From: Neocallimastix sp. 'constans'
Lineage: Eukaryota
Assembly (NCBI GenBank): GCA_050613775.1
Contig: JBODTK010000108.1
Span: 434,001 to 498,000 of the forward strand
DNA: 64,000 nucleotides
Direction of reading: 5' to 3'
Part shown: piece by piece, positions 26,916 through 41,083 of the stretch
How positions within the stretch are numbered: position 1 is the first letter of the stretch
Layout of the letters: every line of letters starts with the position of its first letter
The notes under the pieces: model-generated
What the model was told of the DNA's origin: nothing
Databases searched by the model: none
What the model saw: the letters and a program-made list of their open reading frames with translations, nothing else
Translations under genes and position numbers: made by a program

Positions 26916-28299
26916 ATTTATAGATGAGATTATTTAATAATAAATAAAGTTTATAATATATAATAAGAACGGTTTTTAAAAAATTTTTAAAATTTAGCTT
27001 GTGTTTTACATCAATAAAAAAAAAAAATTATGTTTCATGATAAATAAATAAATAAATATATTTTTTTTTTTTTTAAATTATTTATTATATAATATTAATT
27101 ATAAGGTTTATATTTATATATATATTCAAAATAGTTAAGTGCTATTAAAGCGTATATTACTAATATAAATAAAAGTCCATATCATAAATTTTATTTTTTA
27201 ATATTTTAACCCAGCAAAATAGAGTTAAAATAATTAACAAATAAAGTTCCATATTCAAATCCATCTACTCATATATGGCTTAATATATTTAAAATCATTT
27301 CAATCTGTGCAAAAACAAATTAAAAAATAAAAATTTAATTAAGGGTCATCCAATAACTTTAATGAAATAGACAAATAATAATTAATTTAATGTTACACTT
27401 AATTTGACCTATAATAACTTTATTCTATTTATTATTAATTAATGTTTTATTTGTGATTTATAATTGTAATTTTAATTAAGAAGAAAAAATTGATTATATA
27501 ATAATTATATTTTTTTTTAAAAATCTAATAATTAAAAAATATACCTTAATCTCCTTATTTTATGGTCAATATTTTTCTTAAATATATGGAAAATATTAAC
27601 ATAGTGGTTTTAAGGAACTTATAAAATATAGATATTACAATTAAGTTGTTATAGTAATCTTTATTTTAATTTAATGAAGTTCTATATACTAAATAAGAAT
27701 AATGATAAATATTTACAATAATTTTTTCTATTATTTATATATTAACATTTATTTTTTTTTTCAATAATATAAAGTAATGTGTAATATTGATATATTTAAT
27801 TTTCTATAAATTAATTTATTATCATTAAAGTTTATTTATTTAATTAATATCACTATATATTAAAGATTAATACAATATATATAATTAATAACTTATATTT
27901 ATTAAAATATAGAAAAAAAATGAATATTAATTTCTTATTTATTATTAACTTTTTTTTTTTATTTTTTGTTTGAAGCCATAAATTAATTTTCCTTTTTCAT
28001 ACATATAGAATTTTAATATATTGGAATATTATTATACATTAATATAAAGATATATACATTAATATAAATCATTATTTCTTATTAAATAATAACATATTTA
28101 ATTTATTTTTTATTAACCTATTACTACTTAATTTTATACAAGCTCAATTATTTGAATTATATTGAAATAAAATATATGTATTTCAAATTTAAATTTTAAA
28201 TTTTGTATATAATTTATTCAATAAAGTATTCTATTTATTGAATAGTATATATATATATAATATATATATATTTTAATTTTTTTTTGAACAAAATTTTAA

Positions 28300-28394
<95 letters not shown>

Positions 28395-29050
28395 ATTTTA
28401 ATTTTAGTTAAATATACAAACTTAAAATTATAATAAGTAAAATTATTAAATTATTTAAAAAGCAATATAAAAATTTAAGGAGAAATTTTTTATTTTTAAA
28501 TATTATAAAAAAAAAGAACAAAATAATTTTTTTTTTTTAAATTTTAAATTTCGTTTTATATTTTTTAGTTCTTGTTATGTTAATCATAATTTAAAAAGAT
28601 CAAAAATTTTTTTTTAATCAACACTTATATAATATTTTATTTTATTTTATTTTTTTTTTTTCGTCTTTTTTGATATAAAGAAAAAAAAAAAAGAAAAAAA
28701 ATATTTAAAAGTATTGATTTAAAAAAAATAAAGCGTAATAAAATTAAACAAAATCAAAAATAAATAATAAACATTTTAAGAATGAATAATTAAATAACAC
28801 AATAATATAAACAAATAATAATAATAATAATAAAAAAAAAACATAAAAATAAAATACTAAATATAAAATAAAAATAAAAACAAAAATATAAAAAAAAATA
28901 AAAAAAAAAATAACAAAAGAAGTATTTTAACAAATAAATTAAAATATTTTAAAACAAATTTTAAATAAATATTAGTATATTAAAATATATTATATTAATA
29001 TTATTTTTAATTTGTTATTTGATTAAATATTTAAATAACGAAATAATTTA

Positions 29051-29150
29051 ATTTAAATTTAAAAATAAGCAACTAATTTTGAAAAATAACTTTAATTATT
29101 ATTTAAATTTAAAAATAAGCAACTAATTTTGAAAAATAACTTTAATTATT
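29051..29150. repeat. Two tandem copies of a 50-bp unit upstream of the kinase
   Basis: ATTTAAATTTAAAAATAAGCAACTAATTTTGAAAAATAACTTTAATTATT x2. Confidence 0.85.
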
Positions 29151-29674
29151 ATTAAGTTAGATAATCAATAATAAATAAAAAAAAAAAAAAGAAAATTATA
29201 AACTATTGTTTATTTTGATGAACTAAATTGATTTTTCTTTTAAATAAAATATCAATATTGTTTTTAAAAGGAAAAAAATCTATAGAAAGTAAATTTATTT
29301 AAGAAAAATTTTAATAGATATATTTAAAATATAGAGTAATATAGTATTTTTAAATAATATTTTTAATATTTATTTAGAAATAGAGAAGTTTCAAATACTA
29401 TAATACTTTTACAATAAAATGCGAGTAATTTCTAAAAATATAAACAATAATTTAATAAAATTAATACATTAATAACTAAGAATAATAATTAAATAATTTA
29501 TTTTTTAATAGTAATTTGTATTTGAAGTATTGAAATAACAATTAACAATAACCTAATTGAAAAGAAATACTTTAATCCTAAAATAATATTTAAGAAAAAT
29601 TATCACATCATATTTATATTTACAAAGAAAAAAGTTATTCCAATTTGAATAATTATATTTAAAGTACTAAAAAA

Positions 29675-32617
29675 ATGACTGAACATCACGTTGCTACTAA
29701 AACTTTCGGTAGATATATCATCTTACATACCATTGGTAAAGGTGAATTTGGTAAAGTAAAGTTAGCTTATGACCCTCAAAAGGAAATTGAGGTTGCTATT
29801 AAATTTATTAAACGTTCTAATATTACTTCAGCCCAAAAACAAGCAAAATTAGAAAGAGAAATCAATATTCTTCAGGTAAGTGATAAACAATATATAAATT
29901 ATATATATAAATTGTATTTTTTTTGTTAATTTCAAAACAAAAAATATTAATATAAAATCAATTATAAAATAGAATTTAGATCATCCAAATATTGTTCGTT
30001 TATTTGATGTTATAGAAACTGAGAAGTATATTGGTATTGTTATGGCATATGCTAATGGTATGTTTACATGAAAGATAATTATTAATTTAAAAATAATATA
30101 TAAAAGTAAGGTTGAAATAAAATTTTAAGAAAAGATATTAATTTAATGTAAATAAATTTAGGGGGTGAACTTTTCGAATACATATCTGAAAATCAATATT
30201 TATCTGAAGAGGAATCAGCAAAGTTTTTTATTCAATTATTAGATGGAGTTCAATATCTTCACAGCCGTCATATTGTTCATAGAGATTTGAAATTGGTAAA
30301 TATAAACTATTTCAATAATGAAAACAATTATTAATATAACTTTTTTTAAATATGGGAATATATTGATTAAATATATAAAAATTTGTAATAATTTAATAGG
30401 AAAATTTATTACTTGATCAAAAGGGTGATATTATTATTACCGATTTTGGTTTTGCTAACAATTCTCGTAAAAACCCATCAGGTTTATTATCTACATCTTG
30501 TGGTAGTCCATGTTATGCCGCTCCAGAGTTAGTTATCAACGATAATTATATTGGTGAAGCTGCTGATATTTGGAGTTGTGGAATTATTCTTTATGCCATG
30601 CTTTGTGGATATTTACCATTTGATGATGATCCAAATAATCCAGATGGTGAAAATCTTGATTTGTTATATAAATATATTTTAGAATCTCAATTAACTTTCC
30701 CAGATTATGTAAGCGAAGATGCTCAAGAATTGGTTTGTGGTATGCTTATACCAGATCCAGAAAAGAGATGGTCTATGGATAAAGTTATAAATCATAGATG
30801 GCTTCGCAATAGTTCATATGGTAGAAAGAGAATAAATGAATCAATGAAATTAGGTTATATGTATGATAATTCATACCTTGAAGGTAGTAATTCTGAAATT
30901 GAAAGTGCTCAAGAAGGAAAGGTACCAGAATACCCACCAAAAGTTCCACAAAACAATAATGATGAAACCGAACATACTGAAGTTTATGATGCTAGAAATG
31001 CTTCATGTAGTGAAAATGTAGATATCTCATTGGATAAAACTGAATATATTCAAAATCAAGATGCCTCAAAGGATGCAGTAGTTCCAAATGAAACTAATAA
31101 TGTTATTGTTGATAGTGTCGTTCCAGAAGTTGAAAAACAACAGTCTATTAGCCAGACATCAAGTGAACAAGAATTTTTAGATGCACAACAGGAACTTTCA
31201 ATGGAAGTTACAAAGGACCAAGATAATGATCCAATGGACGTTGAAGATGATCCAATGGAAATTGATGAAACATTAAATAATAAAGAAGATCAAAGAAAAA
31301 TTGAGAAAGAAAGACAAATTGCTGAAAAACAAATTGAAAAATTAATTAATGAAATTCAGCAAGAAGAATTTGCTCCATTAGAAGAAATGAAAGATCAACT
31401 TCAAGAGGTTGTTGCAGAAAAGGCTGAAGAACATATTACTCCTAAGGAAACTGTCCTTGACATGGTTGAAGAAGTTAATGTTTCAGAAGTTGTTGTTGAA
31501 ACCGAAAAGATTGAAAAAGCGAAGGAAGAAATAGCTAATTCAGAAACTGTTGAAGAAGTTAAGGAAGAAATTATTGTTCCAGAAACTGTTACTGAAAAGG
31601 TTGAAGAAGCTAAGGAAGAAGTTACTGTTCCAGAAACTGTTACTGAAAAGGTTGAAGTAGCTAAGGAAGAAGTTACTGTTCCAGAAACTGTTACTGAAAA
31701 GGTTGAAGTAGCTAAGGAAGAAGTTACTGTTCCAGAAACTGTTACTGAAAAGGTTGAAGTAGCTATGGAAGAAGTTACTGTTCCAGAAACTGTTACTGAA
31801 AAGGTTGAAGAAACTAAAGAAGAAGTTACTGTTCCAGAAACTGTTACTGAAAAGGTTGAAGAAACTAAGGAAGAAGTTACTGTTCCAGAACCTGTTACTG
31901 AAAAGGTTGAAGAAACTAAGGAAGAAGAAACTAAGGAAGAAGTAACCATTCCAGAATCTGCTAATGAAAAGGTAGAAGTTAAGGAAGAAATTGCTTCTGT
32001 ACCTGAAGTTGCTATTATAGAGGTTGAAGAAATTAAGGAAGATAAAGTAAAGGATGAAGATAAAGTTGAATCTCCAAGCACTATCAAATTAGAAAAGGAA
32101 GATCTTATTGAAGTAGATGATGAAGTTAAGGATAATTCATCAAATTCAACTATTGAAACTGAAAAAGAATCCGTGAAAGTTAAAGAAGAAAAAACCGATG
32201 TAGAAGAAGAACAAGTAAAATCTGACAATATTACCGAAGATGTTGAAATGAAGGAACAAGATGATTCCAAGGAGTCTGAAATTACTACTATGGAAGAAGA
32301 AGTAGGTATGTTAAGAAAAAGAAAACAAAAGAAGGATAAGAAGGATAAAATGAAGATTAAGAAAGGAAAAAAGGAAATTAGAAAGAATGAAAAAGCAAAG
32401 AATAAGAAGAATATTAAAGTAAAAATAAAGGAAAATAAAATGGTAAATATTAAATCTATATTTATGTTTTATAAAAATATTTATATTTTAAAATTAAAAG
32501 ATTTGATATATTAATATGTATTATTATTTTTATGGTATAATTATAAATTTAATTGTAAAATAGTTTAGAGTATTCTTTGGATGTGTTATGAAGGATCCAG
32601 CTACAAAAGAACATTAA
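29675..32617 (+). CDS. CAMKL Ser/Thr kinase, Kin4/Ppk1-like, with long acidic tail; exons 29675-29875, 29973-30057, 30162-30295, 30400-32442, probable 32564-32617
   Basis: GT-AG introns restore [40 protein letters not shown]. The [24 protein letters not shown] insert is typical of the Kin4 group. The last exon ([17 protein letters not shown]) is less certain. Confidence 0.9.
31561..31920 (+). repeat. Coding minisatellite, ~7 x 51 bp (17 aa [17 protein letters not shown])
   Basis: Near-identical 51-bp units in the kinase exon. Confidence 0.93.
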
Positions 32618-32929
32618 TTTTCAAATTATTAATTATTAATTAATATTCAATTTTAAAAATAACATTTTTTTCTTTGTAAATACCTAACTTTTTTCTTTAA
32701 TATTAATTAAAATATTCAATATTTAATTTCAGTTTTTTTTTTTTTTTAATAAAAAAAAGTAATAATCAAATTAAAATTAAAACAGAAAAAATTATAATCA
32801 GCAAAATAAAAAATCAAGAAAATAATAATAAAACAAAACAAAATAATACAAAACAAAATAAAACAAAACCAAAAAAAAATTAAAGTAAAAATAATTCAAA
32901 AAAAAAAAAAATAAAAAAAAAAAATAAAA

Positions 32930-32961
<32 letters not shown>

Positions 32962-34241
32962 GAGCAAAAACAAAAGCATTAAAAAATTAGTCAATCTATC
33001 AATTCGTCATTTTTAGGAATATACCAATATAGATTGAACTAAGGAATTATTTAAGTTAAAAATAACCAAAAATGGTTTTATATGATTATTATATCAATGC
33101 CGAAGTCTTTCACATTTTTATTTTAAAAATAGAAAAAAATAAATACTTTTTGTAAGTATATTATTAAAAATGAAATTTAAGAAAATAAAAAAATGAGAAA
33201 GCTTAACAAAAGTTAAATAATTAATTTTATTTTTAGAGTTGATAGATTTAAATAATATTAACTAGAACTAATCAATAATTATTAATATTTATTTCAGAAA
33301 TAATTAAAAAATACATATACTATTTTATTATTAATACTATAATCAACTTTAAAAACAAAATTAATAGTATTTAATATTAAAAAATACAAAATTGGATATA
33401 ATAAATCATATGTTTTTAAAATAAAATAAAATAAAATAAAATAAAAAAATAAAAAAAAAATTATATTTTTATAAATTGTAATAACCAAATATTAGCAAAT
33501 TTATAAAAATATATTATATATATATATATAAAAAAAAAAACTAAAGAAAAGAAAAAAGAAAATAAATTATTATCAATTATATAACCGTTGATATTAATAA
33601 AGAAATTGAAAGCATAAACAAATTTCATTATTATTTATTTTATTATTTTTTTTTTTAAAAAAAATTATCATTTTTAAATTTTTAAAAAAGAAAAAAAAAA
33701 AAAACACCTTTTTTTTTCTTTTTTATTATTATAAAAATATCATATTTTTTTATCAATATCAATAATATTATTTAAAATATTCTATTAATATAGACAAATT
33801 AACAGTTTTAAATACATATAAATATTTTTAAAAAATAAAAATAAATTAAATAAAAAATATATTTCAATATAAAAAATTAGTTTGTGCATTCAAATCTTTA
33901 ATTTTTAAATACAAATTATAAAACTAGTTTAACATAGTTTCCCATTTTATTCATATGTATACAAATATCATTTTATTTTTTATTTTTTATTTTTATTTTT
34001 TTTTTTTTTTGGTTTTTTTTTTCTTTTTTTCTTTCTTTCTTTTTTTTTTTTTTATAAAAAAAAAAAGGTAAACAAATAAAAAAAAATGAATCAACAAAAA
34101 TAAAAACAAAACAAAGAATTAAAAACAATTTATTGAAATAGTTTAGCTCTTTATTTAATTAAATTTCTTTAAAATTTTAACTAAAAGATTTAACTAAAAG
34201 ATTTATAATTAAATAAAGTATGTTTTATTATTAAATAAAAT

Positions 34242-34292
<51 letters not shown>

Positions 34293-34486
34293 AAAAATAG
34301 CAAACGTAAAAGTTAAATAATAAAATTTTACTATTCAATAATATTAATTAACTATTAAATAAATAAACAAACAAATAAATATATATATATATATATATAT
34401 GTAATGACAATATATTTTTTTATGTAATACTTTTTTCATATTGTTATATTGATTTTTTTTAAAAATTATTACCTTTTTATTTTTTA

Positions 34487-34539
<53 letters not shown>

Positions 34540-35006
34540 GTATTGGAGTAATTTTTTAATATATTTATTAATAAATGTGTTATCATGGTTATTAAGCCTT
34601 TAAATTTTATAAATTACTATGCTTATGAAAATCAATTTAGTAAGAAATCCTTCAGTACCAAGAGAGTACCGATATCGTACCAGCATGGCCTATGAACAGT
34701 ACTATTAGTAAGTCCTATTATATATATTTCAAACAACAAATACAAACAGTCTAGTTCCGCTAACAGAATCTGAATAGAGAGTAATACTCTTATTGAGAAT
34801 CTTTTTTCGTATTTTCATTGGAAGAGTTTAGTACCACACTATCTATTATAAAGATATTACTTCTTTATTTTATTATTATTTTAGATTAAATGGTAAATGT
34901 GATCATGTTACTTACACCCAGTATATATCACACCGAAATTTTTTTAAACTTTTGAACTTATTTTTATTCATTATTATTACATTAAATATTCTATGATTAA
35001 TTAAGA

Positions 35007-35044
<38 letters not shown>

Positions 35045-35371
35045 AATCATTTATATACATTTTATTTTATCTTTAAATTATATAATATAATCTTTTATAT
35101 GCATTTTATTATTACCGTTAAATTATATAATGTTATTTTTTTTTTTCTTTATATATAAAAACATAAAAGCATAATTATTTATTTCATAAAGCACTGGAAG
35201 TGCATATTTTCTTCCAAGTCTAAAAAAAATACAAATAAAATAAAATAAAATAAAAAAAAAATTAATATTAATATTATTATTATAATTATTATTTATTATT
35301 ATTAATTAATATAAATTGAAAAAAAAAAAAAAAAAAAAATTTTTTTTAAAATTATGAAGAAAAATAACCAT

Positions 35372-35464
35372 TGCTCCTGGCGGGGGTCGAACCCGCGATC
35401 TTCGCGTTGCATAAGAGGATCACCCTTATAAGCACGACGCCTTAAACCACTAGGCTACAGGAGC
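35372..35464 (-). tRNA. tRNA-Ile (anticodon TAT) with 19-nt intron (35408-35426)
   Basis: Acceptor GCTCCTG/CAGGAGC+A, D arm GCCT/AGGC, anticodon stem TCGTG/CGCGA with loop CT-TAT-A^A, T arm GCGGG-TTCGACC-CCCGC; intron at canonical 37/38; T5 Pol III terminator downstream. Confidence 0.96.
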
Positions 35465-35706
35465 TCCTTGATTCTTCGATGGTATGTTACCTCTATAAAA
35501 ATAAGATTTAGGCAGGAAATTTAGGTTAGAAATATTGTATAAATAATATTGGTTATAATAATTAAAATAATTCATCATTATTGTTAATTTTGTGTTATAA
35601 TTATTTTTATTTATTTCTTTTATTAGAATTTATTATTTTATAATTCTACACTTGCTTCCCCAAATTATATTAAAAGTACAATAAATAAAAAATATCGTAC
35701 CATCGA

Positions 35707-36480
35707 TGCTAAGGAATGAATAAATAATGTTAATTTTGTTATTTTCCATAAAAATAACTTAACCACTAAAATTAAATTATTTATTTCCTTACTTGGAGAA
35801 CTTTCATATGTTCTATTACTGCCAAATTATTATTAATGTTCAATTCATTATTGTTAATATCAATTCTTTATCAATATCAATACTTTATTATTAAAGATAA
35901 TACTATATTATTAACATCAATATTATTATCAATATCTAGTTTTATTATTTTTGATTTATTCTATCAATATATTATTATTAAAAAAAATTTTATTTTACAA
36001 ATATTACTAATACAGATAATTTATTACTAATAAAATTAATATAATCAATAATGATTTAAAAATATTTTACTTAAACCCATGATCCTTGTCATTAAAATTA
36101 GTAATACTTCCTCCCAAAATATACCCCATTTATAATAATATTAATAATAAATAATAATCTAAAATACTTTTAAATTATTATCAATATTTTATTATTAAAA
36201 TTTTCTTTAATAATAAAATATTGATAGAATAAATCATATTAATAAAACTAGATATTGATAATAATATTGATGTTAATAATATAGTATTATCTTTAATAAT
36301 AAAGTATTGATATTGATAAAGAATTGATATTAACAATAATGAATTGAACATTAATAATAATTTGGCAGTAATAGAACATATGAAAGATCTCCAAGTAAGG
36401 AAATAAATAATTTAATTTTAGTGGTTAAGTTATTTTTATGGAAAATAACAGAATTAACATTATTTGTTCATTCCTTAACA
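35707..36480. repeat. 774-bp fold-back element with TG...CA ends and ~285-bp inverted arms; candidate 3' LTR or MITE
   Basis: 35707 TGCTAAGGAATGAATAAATAATGTTAATT... is the near-perfect reverse complement of ...AATTAACATTATTTGTTCATTCCTTAACA 36480; arms ~35707-35992 and ~36196-36480. Confidence 0.92.
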
Positions 36481-36503
36481 AGATGTTCTCGTTAAAACTC
36501 AAG

Positions 36504-37951
36504 CTATACAGAAGCTGAGTTAAACTTGACTCTGTTCTTCAAGTGAACATTGCGGTTCATTTGTATACTAGACATAGGATCGGCCAATGTTTCTGTGTTG
36601 AATTGTATCTTAATTACTTGGAGTTGTCCAACAAAGTATGGTTCTAACTAAGACTAAATCACCAGGTTTTATTCTTTTGGCCTGATTCATGCTATTCTTT
36701 TGTTTCCTACGAGTAGCCCAGTATTTATTTGCATTTCTGATATTGGCCGCAGCTTCCATAATCCATAAGTAGTGATTGACAAATTTTTCCAATAGGATTT
36801 CATCCGAAGATTTGTTTACACCTTTAGTTGGTCTAGCAGCTATGTCAAAGGTTTGTTGGTCTTCACGACCATAAACAAGTTCAAAGCTAGAGTGATTATT
36901 AACCGAATTTTTGGTTGTACGAAGAGCCCAGAAAGCAGAAGGTAAGACTTCGTCCCATTCCTTTTGTTTATTTCCAAAAAGTCTAAGTAGTGTTCCAATT
37001 TCTTTATTTCGGTTTTCTGTAAGACCATTCGTTTCTGGATGATAAGTGGTACTGAACTTCACGTATACATCATAAAGATCTAGGAACATTTTTGTTATAT
37101 CTGAATTGAATTGAACACCATTATCAGTTGTAATTGTTTGAGGCACACCATGACGAGAGAATACATTAATTAAAAATTTTATTACATCTTTTGAAGTTAC
37201 ATTTTCAGTTGCCTCGGCTTCTATCCATTTAGTATAATAGTCCACGATTACCAAAATATTTCTATTATTGTTTGATGCTTTCTCTAGAGGTCCAACTATA
37301 TCTAAACCTAAATGTGTGAATGGTCCTTCAACTTCTGAAGGAATATCTTTTGTTGGTTCTGGGTATGCTTTGGGTCTATTTAATTGACATTGTTCGCATT
37401 TTGAAATGATTCTTTTAATATCATTTACCATGTTGCTCCAATAGTAACTTTTTCGTAATCGTTGGTAAGTTTTATTATATTCGTCATATCCTATGCCATG
37501 AGCTTCAAGAATAAGTTTGACCTTTTCATTAATATTAGTGATTAATTTCCTATATGTATTTCCATCTACAAAGTATTCAATTCCATCAATTTTTGTAAAT
37601 TTTTCTTCCATAAATTCTATTACAACTTTAGATAATAAAGATTCATCAATTTTTGAAGAGAGCTTTGTTGCCAATATTTAATTTTCTTATCATTTATACT
37701 TTTCATTCGAGAAAGAGCATCAGCTACAACACATTCTTTTTGCTAGGTTCATATCGAATTTCTACATCTAAAAGATTTACAGCTAAACACCATCTGGTTT
37801 GTCGAGCACTTGTTGGTTCTTTCTTGTTGAATAATCCTACTAAGGGTTTATGGTCAGTATAGATTATTGTTTTAATTGGATTTCCCATGATATAAGGTTT
37901 GAATTTTGTTAAACAATAAAATAGAACAGTTCCTTCTAGATCTGTAATTCT
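36504..37951 (-). mobile_element. Ty3/gypsy pol fragment: RNase H + integrase + GPY/F region, frameshifted
   Basis: RNase H ITDLEG...YTDHKPL...NVVADALSR; frameshift near 37680; integrase with degenerate HHCC, LGLDIVGP, TDNG-x35-E; frameshift near 36640 before PYFVG...NVHLKN; stop near 36504. Confidence 0.92.
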
Positions 37952-38459
37952 TTTACCATAATTAAAATAGATAAATTATATTATTATTAATTCTATTATT
38001 ACGATAATAAATTAATTCATCAGTATTATTAATAGGTTTTATTGTATTTCGTATACTAAATTTAATAATATAAATTATTAATTAATTCAAAAAAATTTAT
38101 TTTAATTCCAGTTTGTCAAAAACAAATTATTTGGTTTTATAATATTTTATTTATTTAATAAATTTATTTATTTATTATTAATTTAACTCTAATATTATTA
38201 TTTAGTAATTAATAAAAACACCACAGAATTAAATTATTGAATCAAATTACTCGTATTTAATACTTTTTTGGTAAACAAATATGGTAAAGTCAAAAAAAAA
38301 AAAAAAAGTAAAAATCTTTCCAAAAAGTTCTTTAAATCAATTAAATATATCATAAAATAAATACCTTAATAAAATTATAACATATATAATTTTTTTTTTT
38401 TATTTAAATTTTAATAAAATTTAATTATTATTATTTCTAATTATTGAATTTTTTTAAAG

Positions 38460-41037
38460 TAATTCTGGACAATTTAAATTCGCTTCTTGTTCCCATGATA
38501 TTTCTGAAAGTGGATATCCTTTCCATTTAATTTAGTGTTGAACCTTTCAGTAATGTTTCCTTTTGTCTGATTATCGCTTCCACATTAAATTCTTCTTCAT
38601 TGTCGACAATAACTAATGGAGGGGTAGATGGAAGTGGAGGTTGTTTTCTTTTAAATATGTCCTCATCGTAGGGTTCCTATTCAGACACATGAATAAATGG
38701 GTGAATAGGAATTTCCTTTGGTAGTTCAAGATTGAATGAAACTGGTGAGATCTTCTTTTACCATTTTTTATGGTCCAAGTTTCTTTGGCTTTAATTTTTT
38801 ATTTCCTTTTTTTTTTTTTTTCATTATGAGTGAACTATTAATTTAAACTTTATCATTGATTTTAATAATCTTGAGCTATCAAATTTTAATTGTAAACATT
38901 GTTCTAAACGTATATATTACATGATGTAAAGAAATTGGAATATATATATTGGAGTGTATTTGCGATATATGAAATAAACAGTAGATCTGGAACTTTGATT
39001 CCATGTTTGTTAGTGAATTTTTTTTGTTTCTCAATTGATTTCTAAAAAATTTTTTTTTTAAAAATTTGGTGATTATTGTTTTAATATTTGTTGCAAATTC
39101 ATTAGTACATGGTATATCAGAATGACTTGGTAAAATTGGGGAATACTTTGGATTAAATCCATCGTTCGAAAAGAATGAAGAAAAATTTTAATTGATTCTT
39201 GGACCGTCTTATTATAACTAAATTCTGCAAGATGTAAATACTTGTACCAATCAGAAATTCATAAAGTTTATGACGAAAATCTTTAGCACGGCCACATATG
39301 TCACAGGATTTGAAATGGTCGTTAACATCCGAAGAAAGCCAAAATTTGCATACATCAGAAAAGTTAAATTTTTACATTTTTCTTGAGAAGAGAGTTGAGA
39401 GTTTGAGCAAGATGAGGAAAAGACAGAAATACAGAAATACAAAAATAAATCTTCTGTATTAATAATTGATTAAACCAAGGAATGAATGAACTTTTTTCAC
39501 TCTTTATTTTTTATTTTTATTTTTATTTTTATTTTTATTTTTATTTTTTTTTGGTGTTGGCCATTCTAAAATAGAAAAGAAACCTATTTTTAGGATCCAA
39601 ATCAATATGTAATCTAAAAAATCAATAAAAGGAAAAGAAAAAAAAGTTACATTTCTCTTAATTTTTGAATAGGGTCTAGTGCTTCTAAATCTTCTAAGAA
39701 ATTTTGAGACATGAATAATATGAATATTGTAATTTTTAGAAAATATAATAATATCATTATTATAACAAAAAAAAAAAAAAAAAAAAAAAAAGAAACGAAA
39801 ACTCCTAGAATTTCTTCAAGATCATTATTCATAAAATGATTAAATACTTCAGGTGTATTCTTGAGGCCGAATGATATGACAGTATATTCGAAATGTCCAT
39901 ACTTAACAAGGTAAAAGCAGTCTTACACTCATCATCTTCTTTTTTATCCTCACGAGAAATGTAAGAAGACCTTAAAATCAAGTTTAGAGAATATACTACT
40001 ATTTTACCTAAATGTTCCAGTTCCAACATGTCATTAATTAAAGAGAGAGGATATAAATCAAGAATAGTGATATCATTTAGTTTCTTGTAATTCTAACATA
40101 GTCGTAATTCACAGTTTTTTTTTCTTTGGAACCAAGAGTACTGGAATAACTGCTGGGAATTTTGAGGGTCTGATGGAACATCTTTTTTTTTTTTTTTTTT
40201 TTTAAAGATTTTCATCTATATATTCATTTAATACAATGAATTTCTTTTTATCAGTCAAAGGATAAATAGGTCCATAAAATAAGTTTTAAATTTGGTTTCA
40301 ATCAAGTGAATATCACAGTCATAAAGTTTGTGAGAAGAGGTAATTTTTCAGCGGCTTTTTATTGAACAATATTTAAGAGCTTACTCAAGATCATATTATC
40401 ATGATGATTGGATTGAATGGATTCACCTTGCTGAATTTGTTTATAATAACTCCATTAATGAATCTACAAAAGAAACACCCTTCTTTATTAATTATGGGTT
40501 TCATCCATCTATGGATGAATTTTTCTTATTACCTGATATTGATACTAATAATAAAATTATTAAGGACTTAAGTATGAACTTTAATCATATTAAAGATGTT
40601 TTATTAAGGTCAAAAGAACTATATAAAATACACGCAGATAAAAAGAGAATGCCACCTCCAATATTTAAAGAAAATGATTTAGTTAACCTGAATCCATCAT
40701 CAATTTAGCCTTGACTGATACATCAGAGGTTCTTAGTTGGAATTCAACTATAAGTTGTTTTAAATTTGGATCGTCAGAGAATGTGAGTCTTGGTTTTTTT
40801 AAATGGGAGTTGAATTAAATTAGAGATAAGGGGTTCCACTTGTTTTAATTTTTTTTTTATTTTATTTTTTTTATAAGCAATCATTTTAATTTTTGACTCG
40901 GCCTCACCACAAAACAGACATCCTAGGATTTTCCTTTTCATTCTTTGATCCTTTTTCTTTTTTTTAGATAGAGAGAGGTCCATAAGATTTCTTATTATGT
41001 GTGAAGAGAGAAAATTTTTCATTGGCTTTAGTATTAT

Positions 41038-41083
<46 letters not shown>

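Noticed and set aside
31401..32270. 289-aa Ser/Thr-rich minus-strand ORF
   Set aside because: Antisense shadow of the Glu-rich kinase exon.
34620..34940. GC-richer island near the tRNA as an ncRNA
   Set aside because: No recognisable fold or motif; more likely a repeat fragment.
35707..37674. Intact Ginger DNA transposon
   Set aside because: Integrase lies outside the inverted arms and is preceded by RNase H, so it is retrotransposon pol.
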